A DNA stretch of 64,000 nucleotides from the human T2T-CHM13v2.0 reference genome, Homo sapiens, in contig CP068257.2 in the NCBI GenBank assembly GCA_009914755.4, positions 35,424,001-35,488,000 of the forward strand. The letters are read 5' to 3'. The position numbers and the translations under genes are program-made. This document shows positions 32,012 through 48,471 of the stretch, in pieces. Numbering within the stretch: the stretch's first letter is position 1; every line of letters begins with the position of its first letter. The notes beneath the pieces were generated by a model that did no database searches, had not been told where the DNA came from, and saw only the letters and a list, made by a program, of their open reading frames with translations.

Positions 32012-34800
32012 TTACTGCCCCTGTCTGTGGGCTGCGCGTCCCCTAGCGCGCGTGGCCGCGCCTTCTGCAATTGCGACCCCCGCCTAGAGCCTTGCTCGCG
32101 CAAGTGTGCGTCCTTGCGTGTCTCCGAGTGACGCAGAGTGTCTGCGCATGGGTCCTGTTGAGTGCGTGATCTCTTGTGTGCGGATTTAATTCTGTCGAGT
32201 GGGTGTCTCTTGTGTGCAGGTTTCGTTGGTGAGCGTGAACGTTCGTGCACACCCCTTGCTGTGTGTGCGTGTCACGACTCTGTTGCCACCTGTTTTCGTG
32301 TGAACTGGCAGTCCAGTCCAGGGCCTGTCCCCACGGAACGGACCCAGGAGGGGGGTAACCTCGCCGCTCCCCTCGCCCCCGCGCCTCTTTCTGAGCATTC
32401 TCTCCCACAGACGCTAATGGGAAGGGGGGTGGACAGGATCGAGTCTGGCCAGCTGCTCCGCAGTGTCGACGCTGCCAGTGTGGCCTCTTCAGCCAGCCTG
32501 TTCAGGGGACAGAATAGGGGGATCAAAGATAAAAAATGAAGCCGAGACGTAGGTGAATTTGGGCTGGTACCAGTGCGCCGTGCCTTTTCCAGTGGCGCCC
32601 TGGACGCCAAAACCCCCTCAGTTGCAGAGACCTTTCAAAATATATGCACTCTCCTACTGGGCGATGCGGTCCTTAGGCGTTCTTGATGATATTTAATGGT
32701 TTATAGAGTATTTTATGGCATTCACCTAAATCTCTTTCCATTTTGCCCAAGATCCTGGCGAGGGAAACAAGGTAGAAATTTTACAGATTTTACTCCTCCG
32801 GAGGGAGCCTTTTCCTTATAACTACGACTCTAGTTAGGACATTTTTTTGTTGCAAGAAATTTGCGATTTATCCTAAGGAAAATGGGATATAGTATAAGGA
32901 TACCTAGGGTAAGAAACTTCAAACCCATTAGAGACCCAGCTACTGCTCCGTTTGCTCAAGGTTTCGTGCTCTGCGCTCAAGGGCTGCGTTTTGGTGTCTT
33001 TGTTCTGCCCAATTTTCTCATTGTCTAATTTTCCTTTTTTTCTTTTAATTTTTGGAATATTTCAGATATCAAATACAGAGGGGGAGCTAACCAATCCATG
33101 ATTCAGATTTTACAGACGTGATTATTTAATCTTTTGCCAAATTTACTTCAGATACTCTTTTTTTTTAAAGAAATAAAATTGCTCTCAGTTCCTTCCCCTC
33201 CTTTTCTAGAGATAGCCACTGCGTTGAGGTTTGTGTATATCTTTACTTTGCATATTTTATACTTTGATCATGGTGAATCCATACACAATATATATTATTG
33301 TTTGTTTTTCAACTTTAATGGCATTAAAATATACATGCCTTTTTGCAACTTGCTTTTTTTTTTTTTTGCTCAGCATTATATTTTGAGGTTTATATATGAA
33401 CAAATTGAATGATTGTGTTATCTTTGGTTCATTCATTTTAATTGCTGGTATAGAATTGCGTTGTATGAATATACCATATTTATTTATACATTCCCCTGTT
33501 GATAGACTTTGAACTTGTTTCAGTTTTTGACTCTTAAAAACAGTCCTGCAATAAATATCTTTGTACTTGTCTGCTTGTGCACACATTTGGAAGTTTCTGT
33601 AGGAAGTACACCTAAGTAGTAGATTTGCCGGATTGTAGGCTATGTGCGTCTTCAATTTAACCAAGTATCACAGAAGCTCTCGAAGTGGTTGTACCAATTT
33701 TCACTGTCACTGGTGTTGAGTGAGAACACAATTTCCTCACAACCCTGCTAACACTTTATGTTATGAGACTTTACATTTTTGCCATCTCTTTACTGACCAG
33801 CTTCCTTATGACTTTTGGTTGCTGCTGAATTTGCTTGTAGCCACCTTGGCTTCTCTTGTAGCCCTGTGTCAGCCTATGGATTTATCTCTTATAGCTAATT
33901 GGCTTAGTCTTTGTCTCCTTTGGTTCTCATAAGATTAATTCCAATGAACATTTGTTATATACCTAATGTATGTCAGATCCTATGATTGATGTATAGATAG
34001 AATTTCCATGATATGTTAAATATGTACCTCTTTAGTGGCAGGTGAGGTGATTTAATTAAAAGTATTTTTTTTCTTATGATGAATGTTTAAAAAATTTTTC
34101 TTTTCCTCTCCATTTTATTGTAGTATTTGATAAATTCAAAATATATGTAAAACATATGCAAGCTGTATAGCAGAACAATAAAATGAACACCTATGAATTC
34201 ACCACTCAATCCAATAATCAAAATGACCAGTATTGAATGTGCTTACTTCCAGAGGTGACTACCATCCTGAATTGTGTATATTATGCCTTGTTTTTAAAAA
34301 TAATTTTATCAGATATGTATACATCCCTCAAAAATGTATTGTATGGTTTCTGTTGTTTTTGAGTGGAAAAAATCATATTGGGTATAGTTTCCTGGGACTT
34401 GCTTATTTCACTTGATGTTATGTTTCTGAGTTACTAATATTGGGTATAGATGTAAGTCATTAATTTTCACTGCTGTGTAATATTCCATGTGTGAATATAA
34501 CACAGTGTATGCATTCTTCTGTTAATGGGCATTTTGGTTGTTTCTAGGTTTTGCTGTTATGAAGTTATATACTTTTTGGTTCACAGTTGTAAGAATTTTT
34601 CTAATTTTCACACTGGGGTATATGAGCCCCAGAGGAGTAATGAAGATTTGCTAAGGAATGTGTGGGTACAAATGATGTTAATGAATCAGTTTCTAGATCA
34701 TTACATTCCATAGGTACTCTTTCCTAAAAATGGTAATGCCTGAGGCCTCCTGCTAGTGCTACTTTCTCACCTTGTGTTTCTAACATTGCACTTTACATAA

Positions 34801-35172
<372 letters not shown>

Positions 35173-37699
35173 TACAAAGGGATAATTTAAAATACCACTA
35201 TAGTGTTAGGGAAAGCCTCTTTTAATCCTGGCACTTCCCCATCCATTTCCTTAAGAGAGATATTTCCAATAAAGTTGCTTTTTTTTTTTATGTTATCAGG
35301 GTATATTTTTTGGCCAACCATATGCTGGTAATAATTATACATTTAAAAGAATGAGATAATCAGTTTTACTTTAAAATGTTACTGTGATATTCTAGAAATT
35401 CACCCTTTGCAATTATTTAATCTTATGGTGATATTTTTTAAATGTCATCTTAATGGGTAAAGGGTATGCAATTTTAAAAAGCACTTTTGGTGGTTTGCGA
35501 GCAAAAAAAAAAGGTTGAAATACCACCATGTTAATTTGTTCAGCAGCAAAAGAAAAAGAAAAGAGAAAGAAATACTGCCGTATCACTATAGTAAGCTGTT
35601 TGCTAGAAATGGGATTGCTAGATCAAGGGGTATGAATGATCAGCTTTACAAAATAATGTCAGATTACTTTCTGAAGGGGTTGTATCAGTTTGTACTTTGG
35701 CCAGCAGTTTTGTCTGTTTATATACTTTGATCAACAGTGTGTAAGAGTTACAGTTGATCTACAACCTCTCCAACACTTGTTATTGTCAGACTTAATATTT
35801 GCCAATGGAATGGGTATGAAATGATGCATCATTGTGGTTTTAATTTGCATTTTTTGTTATTAATGAGATTGAGCATCTTTTGTATGCTTATGAACTGTCT
35901 TTGCTTCCTTTTTATGAAATATCTAGTCATATATTTTACCCTTTGTTCTGATGAGTTGTCTTTTAAAACTGGTAACATCGATTATGTGCGTTGTAAATAT
36001 CTTTTTCTGGTTTGTGGCCTGTCTTTCTACTGTTTATGGTGTATTTTGGTGAACAGAAGTTCTTAATTTTAACATAATCTGATTGGAACCTTTCTTGCCC
36101 TGGGCTTATAAAGACATTCCTCTGTTTCTTTTTAGAGGTTTTAAAATGATGTCTTCCACATTTAAGTTCATAATTTATCTGGAATTGATTTTTGTATATG
36201 TTCTGAGATAGTGATCCACATTGATTTTTTTTTTCTCCTGTGTGGTTCTAATTATCCCTGTACCATGTATTGAATTGGCCCTCTGTTCACCAGTGGTCTG
36301 CTGTGCCATCTCTTTTACATGTTTAGTTACTACCTGCATGGGTCTGTTTTTGGCTTGCCTTTCTGTGTCACTTGTCACCTTGTCTGTCTCTGTGTTCATA
36401 CCACACTGTCTTAATCATTAATACTATAGTTTTACTTGAAATCTCGGTATCTGGGGAGGACTTGAATCTCACCTATTTTTGGTCATTTGTTCTTAAGAAT
36501 TAGCTTGTTACATGACATGAAAAACCCTTTAGGTATTAATTAGAATTAATTGAATCAGTTTGGGGGAGAATCGAAATCTTTAAGATTTTGATCCTTTTTA
36601 TTTTTAAGAATATGGTATGTATCTCTATTTATGTAAAGTTTTAGTGTAGTTTTGTAATATTCTCCATAGAGGTCTTCCACTTTTTCATATGTTAATTCTG
36701 ATGTTATTGTTTTTGTTGCTATTATAAATGGTGGTGTTCTTAAAGATTCTATCTTAACTTATTTATTGTTAGTAAATATTTTAACTTATTTATTGTTAAA
36801 TAGAAATTTAATGAATTTTTAAAAATATTGACCCTTTAGTCATCCACTTGATAAACTTACTACTTCTAATATTTTTTCTGAAATTCCTTTGTGTTTTCTG
36901 TGTGGATAATTATATCATTTGCAAATAGTGACAGTTTTAGTTCTTCTAGTTATTTTTGCTTTTAATTTATTCATTTTTTTGGTCTTAAATGTGCTGGCAT
37001 ACTTTATACTTATGTTCAATGGAAGTGATTAGGGTTGTTCATTAGAAGCGATTATAGTGGGCATAGAGTTCTTGTTCTCAATTTTAAAGAGAATATTTCT
37101 CAGCTGAGAATAACATTTGCTGTGAATTTTTGTAGATACCTTTGATTAAGTTAGGGAAGTCTTTTCAGTTGTCACATGCTTTTCTGCATTTGTTGAGAAT
37201 ATCTTGTGTCTTTTCTCCTTTAATCTGTTAAATGTAATGAATTCCGTTTTATAGATTTAAAACTGTTCATTTTCTTTTATATTCTTTCTTGAGATAAACC
37301 CAAATTGGTCTTTATAGATTATATTTTTATGAACTACTAGATTGAGTTTGCTCATATTTTATTTAGATTTTTGTGTCTGTTTATGGCTAGAATCACTTCT
37401 CATTTTTCTTTATTGGCTGTCTTATCTGACTTGGGTATTAAAGTTACACTGACTTTATACCATGAGTTAGAGAATAGTTCCTCTTTTTCTGTTCCCTGGG
37501 AGAGTTTGGATTGGAGTGATTTGTTTCTTAAAAGCTTGGTGGAACTTAACTATAAGGTCATTTGGATCTAATGTTTTCTTCTTGGAGGTTTAGTAGTAAT
37601 TAGCAGTTGAACAGTCATAGGACTGTTCAGGTATTCTATTTCTTTTAGTCAGTTTTGGTAAGTTTTAGAAATTTGTCCTTTCATCAAGTTTATGGTATG

Positions 37700-38005
37700 G
37701 TTTTTTTTTTGTTTGTTTGTTTTTTTTTTAAGATAGAGTCTCCCTCTGTTGCCCAGGCTGGAGTAGTGCAGTGGTGCCATCTCATTGCAACCTCTGCCTC
37801 CTGGGTTCAAGCGATTCTCCTGCCTCAGCCTCCTGAGTAGCTGGGATCACAGCCATGCGCCACCATGCTTGGCTGATTTTTTTGTATTTTTAGTAGAGAT
37901 GGAGTTTCACCATGTTGGCCAGGCTCTTCACAAACTCCTGACCTCAAGTGGTCTGCCCACCTCGGCCTCCCAAAGTGCTAGGATTACAGGTGTGAGCCAC
38001 CGCTT
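37700..38005 (-). mobile_element. Alu SINE (antisense)
   Basis: ttttttaagatagagtctccctctgttgcccaggctggagtagtgcagtggtgccatctcattgcaacctctgcctcctgggttcaagcg...gctaggattacaggtgtgagccaccgc. Confidence 0.9.
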
Positions 38006-39131
38006 GTGGTATGGCATTAATTCTCTTTTTAATCTCTGTTTTATTTGTATATGTGTTCCCCTTTTCTCATGTTGAATATTATTTATGTCTGACTTCTCTT
38101 TCTTGATCAGTCTTAGTAAAAGTTTGTCCATTTTTAAAATCTTGGCAAAGGATTAACTTTTGGCCTAATTTGTTCTATTATTTGTTTTTTATTTCATTGA
38201 TCTTTTTTCTCTTTTATTATTTCATTTTACTTTCAGTTTATTATTTTACTATTTTTCTCACTTAAATTACACACTTAATATTAATTTTCAACCATTCCGA
38301 TTTCCTAGTATAAGCATGCAAGACTGTAAACTTCCTCAAAGTTCATTTTTGCTTATCTAACATAGTTTAATTTATAGTGTTTTCATTAACTTTCAAATCT
38401 AAGTATTTTTACAATTTCTATTTTGATTTTTTCTTTGACTTATGAGTTACTTAGACATTTTTAAATTTTCAAATGTGTCTATATTGTTTTCCTTTAATTA
38501 TCGATTTCTTAATTGTGTTGCCAGAGAATATTTTATCTTTTTAGCATTTTTTTTTTTGCCCTTGCTTTATGGCCTTGTACATAGTGAATTATTAGAACTG
38601 TTCTGTGTACACTTGTGAAGAGTATATATTCTGTAATTGTTAAGTGTCTATTAGGTAAAGCTTGTTATTTGTGTTGTTCTGATAGTCTTTATCCTTATTA
38701 ATTTTGGTTTATCCTATCATTAACTGAGAGAAGTGTGTTGCAATATTCCACCATTACTAGTTTCTAACAGATTTCCTGTAGTTCTAACAATTTTTGTTCT
38801 TCTGTATTTTGAGACTTTTATTAGCTACATGCAAGCTTAACATTTTTTTCCTAGTGGCTCGAACCTTTACTATATTGTGATCTTCTCTAAGTTTGCTTCT
38901 TTGTCTTAGAGGCTTTTTGTCTGATCCCGTCTTTCTTTTGGTGCTAATTTACCTGGAATATTCTTTTCTTTCATTTTACTTTGATTTTTTTTAGTGTCCT
39001 TACATTTTAAGTGTCTCTTATAAGGGACATACTACTGGATTTTTCTTTTAATCTCACCGGACAACTTCTGTCTTTTAATTGGTTATGTTCCAGGTGTCTT
39101 GGCTGGTGTTTGACTCAGTTTTAGATATTAA

Positions 39132-39592
<461 letters not shown>

Positions 39593-39929
39593 TTTATGCG
39601 TTTTTTGAAGAAAATATCATTTTTCTTTTAGTTACATTGGATTTTCTGTCTTTTGTGTTACATCATTTCACTTCTAAGTCTAGATAGAGATTATATTTAT
39701 CCTATTTTGGATGCATGTGTTTCATGATTCTGCATTTTGTCTTTCATGAGATCTAGAAGTTTCTGAGCCCTGTATTCTTTAAATATTATGTCTCATTAGT
39801 CTCTTCTCTCCTGCTGGAACTTTAACTGGATATATATATACACTAAACTGTTTCCAGATCACTTATTCTTTATCTTTCATATTTTTTATCTCTTTGTTTC
39901 TCTTTACCAGAATTTACAGTGCTGGATAA

Positions 39930-40417
<488 letters not shown>

Positions 40418-42689
40418 TGATTTTTGTGACTCTATAGCTATTCTGTAGACTATATCAGACATTCCCAATGTCTGATATCCTTGAGGAGGGGGATGTCTAA
40501 ATTTATTGCTTTTTTGTTTTTTTTTCTGTTGTCTCTCCTCAATGTAGCTGTCACCTCATGTGTTTGGTGATCATTGATTATGAACTTCTGTTTGATCTTT
40601 GTGGTGATCTTGAGAGTCTAATTTGAGGATGCTTGCTTTCTGAAAGCATTTCTATCAGCTTTGTCTGGGAGCCAGAAAGTTTAGCTGGCATCACTTTTGA
40701 GTTCCTACATTTTGCTTCTGGCCCAGGGCTCAGTGTCCTGATCCTATTACTGCTCTTGGCACCACTACTTGTAGCACTAAACTGTAGCCAGGTTTAATTT
40801 CTAGCTCAAGGTTTGTTGCTTTTGCGTGGAGAGGGTGCCTTCACATGTTCCCCTATTTCTATGAGCTCAGCAAAAACATCCAAAAAGTGTTTTTTTTTTT
40901 AATCTAGGATATACCTTTTTCCTCCCAACAGTACATTCCCCCAGAGTGTATAGTTGACCATAACTGATGGGATCAGAAGCTCTTTATTTTAATATTTAAT
41001 TTTAGTAGTATATTTTTGTTTGATTGTGTTATAAAAAATTTTATGGTACCAAGCAAGCTTTCTTGGTGATACCAACATTTCCATTAAAACTAGTTTACAT
41101 CTAAGTTAAGATTTGAGTTATCCTAAAGAAAAGTATTAAGTAAATAGCAGTACAGATGGCAAATGGATTGCACAATATATCCTCTGGATCCATAGTGAAC
41201 CTGCAGAGATAAACCTGTGATGGTCAAACAATGTGAAAACTGCTGTCAGAGACATGGGCAGGGTGCTCTTGTTTACAGAGAAGAGGTGCAAAAATCAACT
41301 TGATGGTAGTGGGAAGATCAGGAAATGCTTCCTGAAATTGAGTATTAAGAACTAATAGACATTAGGTGGTTGCAGAATAAGTTTTGTTTAGGAAGGACAA
41401 GCAGTTGGGTATGACTGGCTTCTAGGTTGTGTGTTGTGGAGTGACTGGGGATAAAAGCAGGAGCAAGATCACAAAAGGTCTTCTATGCTTATATTAGGGA
41501 AGTTGGACTTTATTCTCAAGCTGAAGGGAAGCTGTTGCATGGTTTTAAGCAGTAAAGTGATATGATCAGAGTTTTAGAGGATGCCAAGATTGAAGGCAAG
41601 TCTGACCAGTTAGGAGACTGCTTGTTAAATTAGTTCAGAGGAGAAACAGTGAAGGCAGTGGCACTGGGCATGAAGAAGTATATGTGTGCTAATTTTAGAT
41701 TTCTTAGGGAAGCAGAAATGACAAGAGTTAGTGGTCCATTGGACAGAAATATTGAAGGAGACTGGGGAGTCTAGGTTGACTCCCAGGGTTTAGGTTTGGG
41801 CAGTAAAATGGCATGTAGAACAATTAACTGATAAACAGCATACAGAAAGAGGAAAGAACTTCATTTCATATGTGTGTTTTTGAGGAAAAGATGTTTGTTT
41901 TTGAACTTCCTGATTCAGAGGGGCTTGTGGGACATCTTGGTTAAGATCCTGTAGTAGTTCTAGTAGGGTCTAGAAGTCAAGAGATACAACCCCGCCTGGA
42001 AGGATTTGGGAGTCTTCAGCATTTGGAATTTTGGAAGCCATTGTTTACTGCAGTGCATATGAGATAATTTAAACTGGTACATAGATAAACACTTGAAAAA
42101 ATTTTAATAGATAGGAATTTAATGTGTATGAGAAACATAACTTGCACATCTAACCTTTGATAATCATGGACATTATCACTTAGGCCAAGTGAGCTCAATA
42201 AAAGGGAAATATTAACTAAAAATATATGTGATACATGGAAATGGCAAAAATCACGGTGAAGCTATGCAAATGATGCAAGTTCAGAAAGTGCTGTGTTAAG
42301 TCATGGGTGTGGTGGATAAATTCACCCAAGGAGAGAGTAAGAGTGAGAAGAAAAGAGAGTTGACATTGGGTGGCGGGGAATGGAGAAGAAGAACCCATGA
42401 AGGAAACTGAGGAAGAGCAGCCAGACGAATAGGAGGAAAACCAGGAGAAGATGGTCTTTGGAGTCCAAATGAAGAGTTCTGAGGAGGAAGTGGTCCACAG
42501 CGTCAAGTAAGTTGTAAGCTGAAAAGTGCTCTTTGGATTTAGCAATTAAGGTAGACTATTTAGCTGGAAGCATCCAAACAGTGGATTTTAAAAATACTCA
42601 TCTAACATTAATGTTAATGATAGCTGGTATTTATAGCATTTCCCATATACCTGGTACTCTTCTAAGCTCTTTACATGTATTAACAGATT

Positions 42690-42850
42690 GATCAGGTAGG
42701 TAGTATTGTTATCCCCATTTGATATGCGAGGAAACACAGAGGAAGCACAGAGAGGTTAAGTAACTTGCCCAAGATCACACACCCAAGGAAACAAGAGAGC
42801 CAGGACTCAAGCCCAGAGTCTTGGCTGCAGAGTCCCTGTTCTTAACCACT
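42690..42850 (-). mobile_element. MIR SINE
   Basis: tattgttatccccatttgatatgcgaggaaacacagaggaagcacagagaggttaagtaacttgcccaagatcacacacccaag...gagtccctgttcttaaccactttgtcacattgcctctc. Confidence 0.75.
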
Positions 42851-42887
42851 TTGTCACATTGCCTCTCTAGTTAAAAACAAAATACAA

Positions 42888-43320
<433 letters not shown>

Positions 43321-44084
43321 TTAATTGTATTGTAATTGACGCCATGATGTGTGGGCTGTGACAGTTCTTGGCTCTTTCTGTATTTTATGCCAAAAAAATT
43401 TGTAAGACAAGTGAGATTAGCATATACCTCATATTATGTGCTATAGTTTGGGTGCTCCAGTATCTTATGTTTTCTGGTCATTGTTCACTTTTAGAGTTAA
43501 ATTTTTTAAACTCTAGAAATATTCATGCAGAATAGGTCAGGTTCTAGACATTACAGATAACCAGTCTTTTGTGGAAGGTCATTAATGATCTTAATGAAAG
43601 CAGTTTCCCTTGAATGGTCGAAGTGGAAACCAAATTGTTAGGAAACTGACAGTGAATGAGAATGGAGGATTCAGATGGGTGAAAAATGAAGAGTTCTTGA
43701 TGAAGTTGAAGAATGGCTGTGGTAGGAAATCAGGAAGACATGAGCCGTAATGACTCTTGGCTATGGTCAGAGAGGAGCTAATAAAGATTTAAGAACTGGT
43801 TTCGACCCAGGTAGTGATCTGAGGTGTCCCCCTGGGGTGGGAGAGCCCAGTGAGGTAGGCAGTGAAGATCATGTTAGTTGAGGAGGTTGTTAAACTACAA
43901 GGCTAGGGTATTGTGTGCATGGACCTCGATGTGGCTGGGATGATGATAGAATTTGGAGGAAAGAGAAAAACACTGAACTAGTTGCCAGTGATCTTGAAAC
44001 GTGACAGTAACCAAGAGATAAATAGGTGACAATGACAGGAAAATTAGATGTAGTAAAAGAGAGTGTTTGAGAGCAGAAGCTATG

Positions 44085-44290
44085 GCAACTAAAGACTGGA
44101 TTTGAATCCTTCCTAGCTTGGTGACATGAGCAAATTACTTGATTTAAGTGAGCATTTTCCCATCTGTACAGTGGAGATAACGATAATTGTGCCTGCTAAG
44201 AAGAATTGCTGTGAAGATTAGTGAAATAATGCATGTAAAACATTTGGTACAGTATGTGACACATAGTACAAATAGTTTGCTAGGAAGATT
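44085..44290 (+). mobile_element. MIR SINE
   Basis: ggatttgaatccttcctagcttggtgacatgagcaaattacttgatttaagtgagcattttcccatctgtacagtggagataacgataattgtgcctgc...aataatgcatgtaaaacatttggtacagtatgtgacacatagtacaaatag matches the MIR consensus orientation. Confidence 0.75.
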
Positions 44291-45440
44291 GTTATTATTC
44301 TTCACTTGTGATATTGTGAAGTTTTCATACAGCAAATTGGACATCATGAGATGGATTGATTAAATAAATAGATTTGAACTTCAAGGACTGGTAGTGTTCT
44401 TGCTTTGGAAAGAAGAAACTTGGTTTATCCTAATAATAGTAGGATAATAATGGTGAAGTGATAGGTACAAGTAATAGTGTTTATGATGCGCTGGTGATGA
44501 TAGGAAAAGAAAGCCATTATATGGGCAAGAGCTAGAAGTAATAAAATGGTGCATTTTTCAGTGATGTTTGGCCTATGTAGCTATTCTCTGATAACTATAA
44601 AAATCCTTATTATTGAAGATTCTTCAGGAAAAAAAAACCCTTAGTCTGAAACTTTAGCACCAATCCCCCTTGCCCCCCATTGAAATACGTATTTTTAAAA
44701 CATGGCTTTTGATAATGTGAGGGTTTTTTCCTTTTTGCGATTTAGCAGTGCTGATTGTGTATTGCAGTAGTTGTGAGAGCATTAGAAGCAGCAGTCGATA
44801 GGAGGATGGAAGGTCTGGATGCCGCCTTGGGGAGTTAGGAGATTGGCAGACTTACCCTGTACCACTCTAGCCCTACTCCTTTGCCCAAGACAGAAACACA
44901 CTGAGATGGATAGGAGAATATGAGCAGTTGATAGGAAAGTTCTCAGTGGAGTCAGGATTTAGGTTAGGCCAGGAGATTGAGAATATAACAGTTTGTGTAT
45001 GATGAAATGGCATATTTCACAGAATGCAGTAAAAGCAGGTAGGGTACAAGTGCAGCAACAGGAAGATGTCTTTTCTTCATTCAGCAAACACTTATTTGAG
45101 AGCTTACCATGTGCTAGGCACATACAAAGATAAATAAGATGCCCTTGATGATCCTCTATTTAAAGGAGACATGTAAACAGGTTAACTTAGAGTAGAGATG
45201 GTGAATATGTGAACCTGAGGAAAGGAAGAAATAGATTAAATTATCTGGAGAGAGAGGAAAAGTCAGCAGAATGGGGACGAGAATCTTTCGGAGCTCAGTG
45301 TTCTGATAGGAGTTATTTCCTTGGGCATAGGTTCCAAGTATTTTTCTAATATACCATAGAAGCCAGGAAAACTTTCTTCTGTTATCTCAAATGATTTAAT
45401 TACTGACTTGAGTTTGTGTTGTCTCCTTAGACTTGTGCAC

Positions 45441-45584
45441 CATGGACAATTTTGCTGAGGGAGATTTCACTGTGGCGGATTATGCCTTGTTAGAAGATTG
45501 CCCTCACGTGGATGATTGTGTCTTTGCTGCTGAATTTATGAGCAATGATTATGTTCGTGTGACTCAGCTTTACTGTGATGGGGT
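45441..45584 (+). CDS. TTC3: TTC3 start-codon exon: exon 45430-45584, CDS from ATG 45441
   Basis: Acceptor tctccttag|acttgtgcaccATGGACAAT.... Reads MDNFAEGDFTVADYALLEDCPHVDDCVFAAEFMSNDYVRVTQLYCDGV, followed by donor |gtaagtagg. This matches the N-terminus of the tetratricopeptide repeat domain 3 E3 ligase. Confidence 0.92.
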
Positions 45585-46015
45585 GGTAAGTAGGTTTGCT
45601 AATTTTTCATTTTTGACATTGTGTATTGAAGGTTTTCTGGTTTAGGGCTATCTGAGTAAAGATGTTTTTGTGGTACGTGCGTTTTGACAGGGAGGTACAC
45701 ATGCTGTTGAAAAGTTGATTTGAGAAGGGAAAGTAAGCACTGGCTCAAAAATAAGATTGTGGAGTGCCAGAGAATGAGTGGTGGCAAAAGGTGGTTTTCT
45801 GACAGGGCATAAGAAAAGCTCTTGGGGAGAGCCATAGAAGCAAACTCAGGTAATACTGTAAAACGGGTCTCAAATTAAGACTCTTTGGCTGAAGATGTGT
45901 TTGAAGCATATAAATAAATGCCCACTGAAAGTTCTTTGGTTAGTTCTGATAATCCTTAGATTAAAAATCAAGAACATTTTACTAGACACAAATCAAAATA
46001 ATTTTCTTCTTTTTA

Positions 46016-46058
46016 GGGTGTGCAATATAAAGATTATATCCAAAGTGAGAGGAATTTG
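46016..46058 (+). CDS. TTC3: TTC3 coding exon, 43 nt
   Basis: ttttag|GGTGTGCAATATAAAGATTATATCCAAAGTGAGAGGAATTTGG|gtgagtacg reads GVQYKDYIQSERNL(E). Confidence 0.9.
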
Positions 46059-46379
46059 GGTGAGTACGTTGGTATTTTTAATGTTAATTTATGGAAAGAC
46101 TACAAAGGGAGGTCCATCCATCCTGTCATAGCAATACAACAGATTTATATGCCTTTTAAAAATGTATTCTTACTAGTTTTTCACTAGAAATCAGAACTTT
46201 TCTTTGTTAAAATAGAGTTTTAGCCAGCACTTAAATATTCTTAACATTTAACAGGCTAGAATACTTCATTCATTCATTTCTTCCCTCTCCATATCCATTT
46301 TTGCCTTTTTACTATTAAGTGTTGATTCATTAAAAAAATGAGGCACAAACATTAATTTTAAACTTTTTTTTAAATTAAG

Positions 46380-46530
46380 AATTTGACATCTGCAGTATAT
46401 GGTGTAGTAAACCAATTTCTGTCCTGCAAGATTATTGCGATGCCATTAAAATAAACATCTTCTGGCCACTTCTGTTTCAACATCAAAACAGTTCCGTAAT
46501 ATCACGATTGCATCCCTGTGTGGACGCCAA
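46380..46530 (+). CDS. TTC3: TTC3 coding exon, 151 nt
   Basis: aattaag|AATTTGACATCTGCAGTATATGGTGTAGTAAACCAATTTCTGTCCTGCAAGATTATTGCGATGCC...GTGGACGCCAA|gtaagtt reads (E)FDICSIWCSKPISVLQDYCDAIKINIFWPLLFQHQNSSVISRLHPCVDA. Confidence 0.9.
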
Positions 46531-46972
46531 GTAAGTTACTATATGTTGCTCATTTTGTGTGGACAGTGATAAACATGTTACCCAATACCAAGAAATGCAA
46601 GTTCAATGGAAGGCTTATGTCTTATTCTTGTATGCTGCTCAACGTTTGTGTAATAGGGTGGAAAAAACAAATACTTGAGATTTGGATATGAATGAATAAT
46701 TGTAACATAATCAGTGAAATTCTGAATAGTACTAGATGGTAGACTGGAAGCTGAGTCAGGAGGAATTAACATGTTTGTTTATAAGTATCAGTGTTATAGT
46801 GCAGAAGAGAGGAAAAAGATACAGTATTTTGTTCATTTAATAAATAGCTTAGTTATTGTTACCTAGAGTGAAGAAAAAGAGAACTTATTTTTTAATGGTT
46901 TGAGATATATAGCTAAGCATAAAGTTCAATGAATTTGTATATATGAGAATCTAATCTTTTAAAAAATAAATT

Positions 46973-47060
46973 TGTCTTTAAGCAATTCACGTGCTTCTGA
47001 GATAAATTTGAAGAAACTACAACATCTTGAGTTGATGGAAGATATTGTGGATTTGGCAAA
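46973..47060 (+). CDS. TTC3: TTC3 coding exon, 88 nt
   Basis: tctttaag|CAATTCACGTGCTTCTGAGATAAATTTGAAGAAACTACAACATCTTGAGTTGATGGAAGATATTGTGGATTTGGCAAAGAAAGTTGCT|gtaagtgg reads NNSRASEINLKKLQHLELMEDIVDLAKKVA. Confidence 0.9.
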
Positions 47061-47692
47061 GAAAGTTGCTGTAAGTGGTAGAATGTAGGTTCCCCCGAGC
47101 CCTTGGTTTAAATAATATAAGCATTTATATGGTGTTAGGCTCAAATGACTAATTTATAGCAATTAACAGGTAATGGTTTTAGTTTTGGTTAACCTGAGAT
47201 AAATCTGCTATCCATCAGTGCGTGCTCAGTATTTGAGAGATCAGGGAGATGGCTGATGTCATGGTTCTACGCTGGGGACCAGGACTGCATCTTGTCATTA
47301 AAGGATAGAAATTGGAACTTGTCACAGAAAGTGGGGTATGGGTTCATGAAAACCTTTGCCACAGGTTCTGAAAGTGATGTGCTCTATCTGTTGATATAAA
47401 ATCACATCACCATCAACAAATATTTTGTCTTTGGGTAGGTAGACTTTATCAGGGCAGATTTGAGGAGGTGTCCTTCATTATGCTATTGAGATAAGTTGAG
47501 AGTTTTTGTGGTTTTTAATTTTTTTTTGAAAGCTATTGGATAGCTTTTTAAATTTCAGTTGGTTATGGAGTCAAGTGTTGTTCTTGGTACTATTAAATTT
47601 AGAAAGGGCATTCTGATGTTTATTTTCTGCAGTAGTTATTTGCAGTAACATACAAACCAGTGTACCTTTATAAAAAAATTTAAGTGCAATGA

Positions 47693-48209
<517 letters not shown>

Positions 48210-48417
48210 TTATTTTACTGCTAGAACCCTATTGGAGACTATTTTGGAATTCTTGTCTTAAGATCTTAAGGGGTAACTTGGTCATGTAAATGCTTGTCGG
48301 AAGTGTACTACTGAGTACATATAGTAGTGTTCCTAAAATGTAGGCCATTTTTCCGTTAGAAAATTCAAGTAGAATTGACTGAATAAGGAAAAAATATGTC
48401 CTTTTTTTATTTTTCAG

Positions 48418-48471
48418 AATGATTCATTCCTTATTGGAGGCTTATTGAGAATTGGTTGTAAAATAGAAAAT
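48418..48471 (+). CDS. TTC3: TTC3 coding exon, 54 nt
   Basis: ttttcag|AATGATTCATTCCTTATTGGAGGCTTATTGAGAATTGGTTGTAAAATAGAAAAT|gtaagtg reads NDSFLIGGLLRIGCKIEN. Confidence 0.9.
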
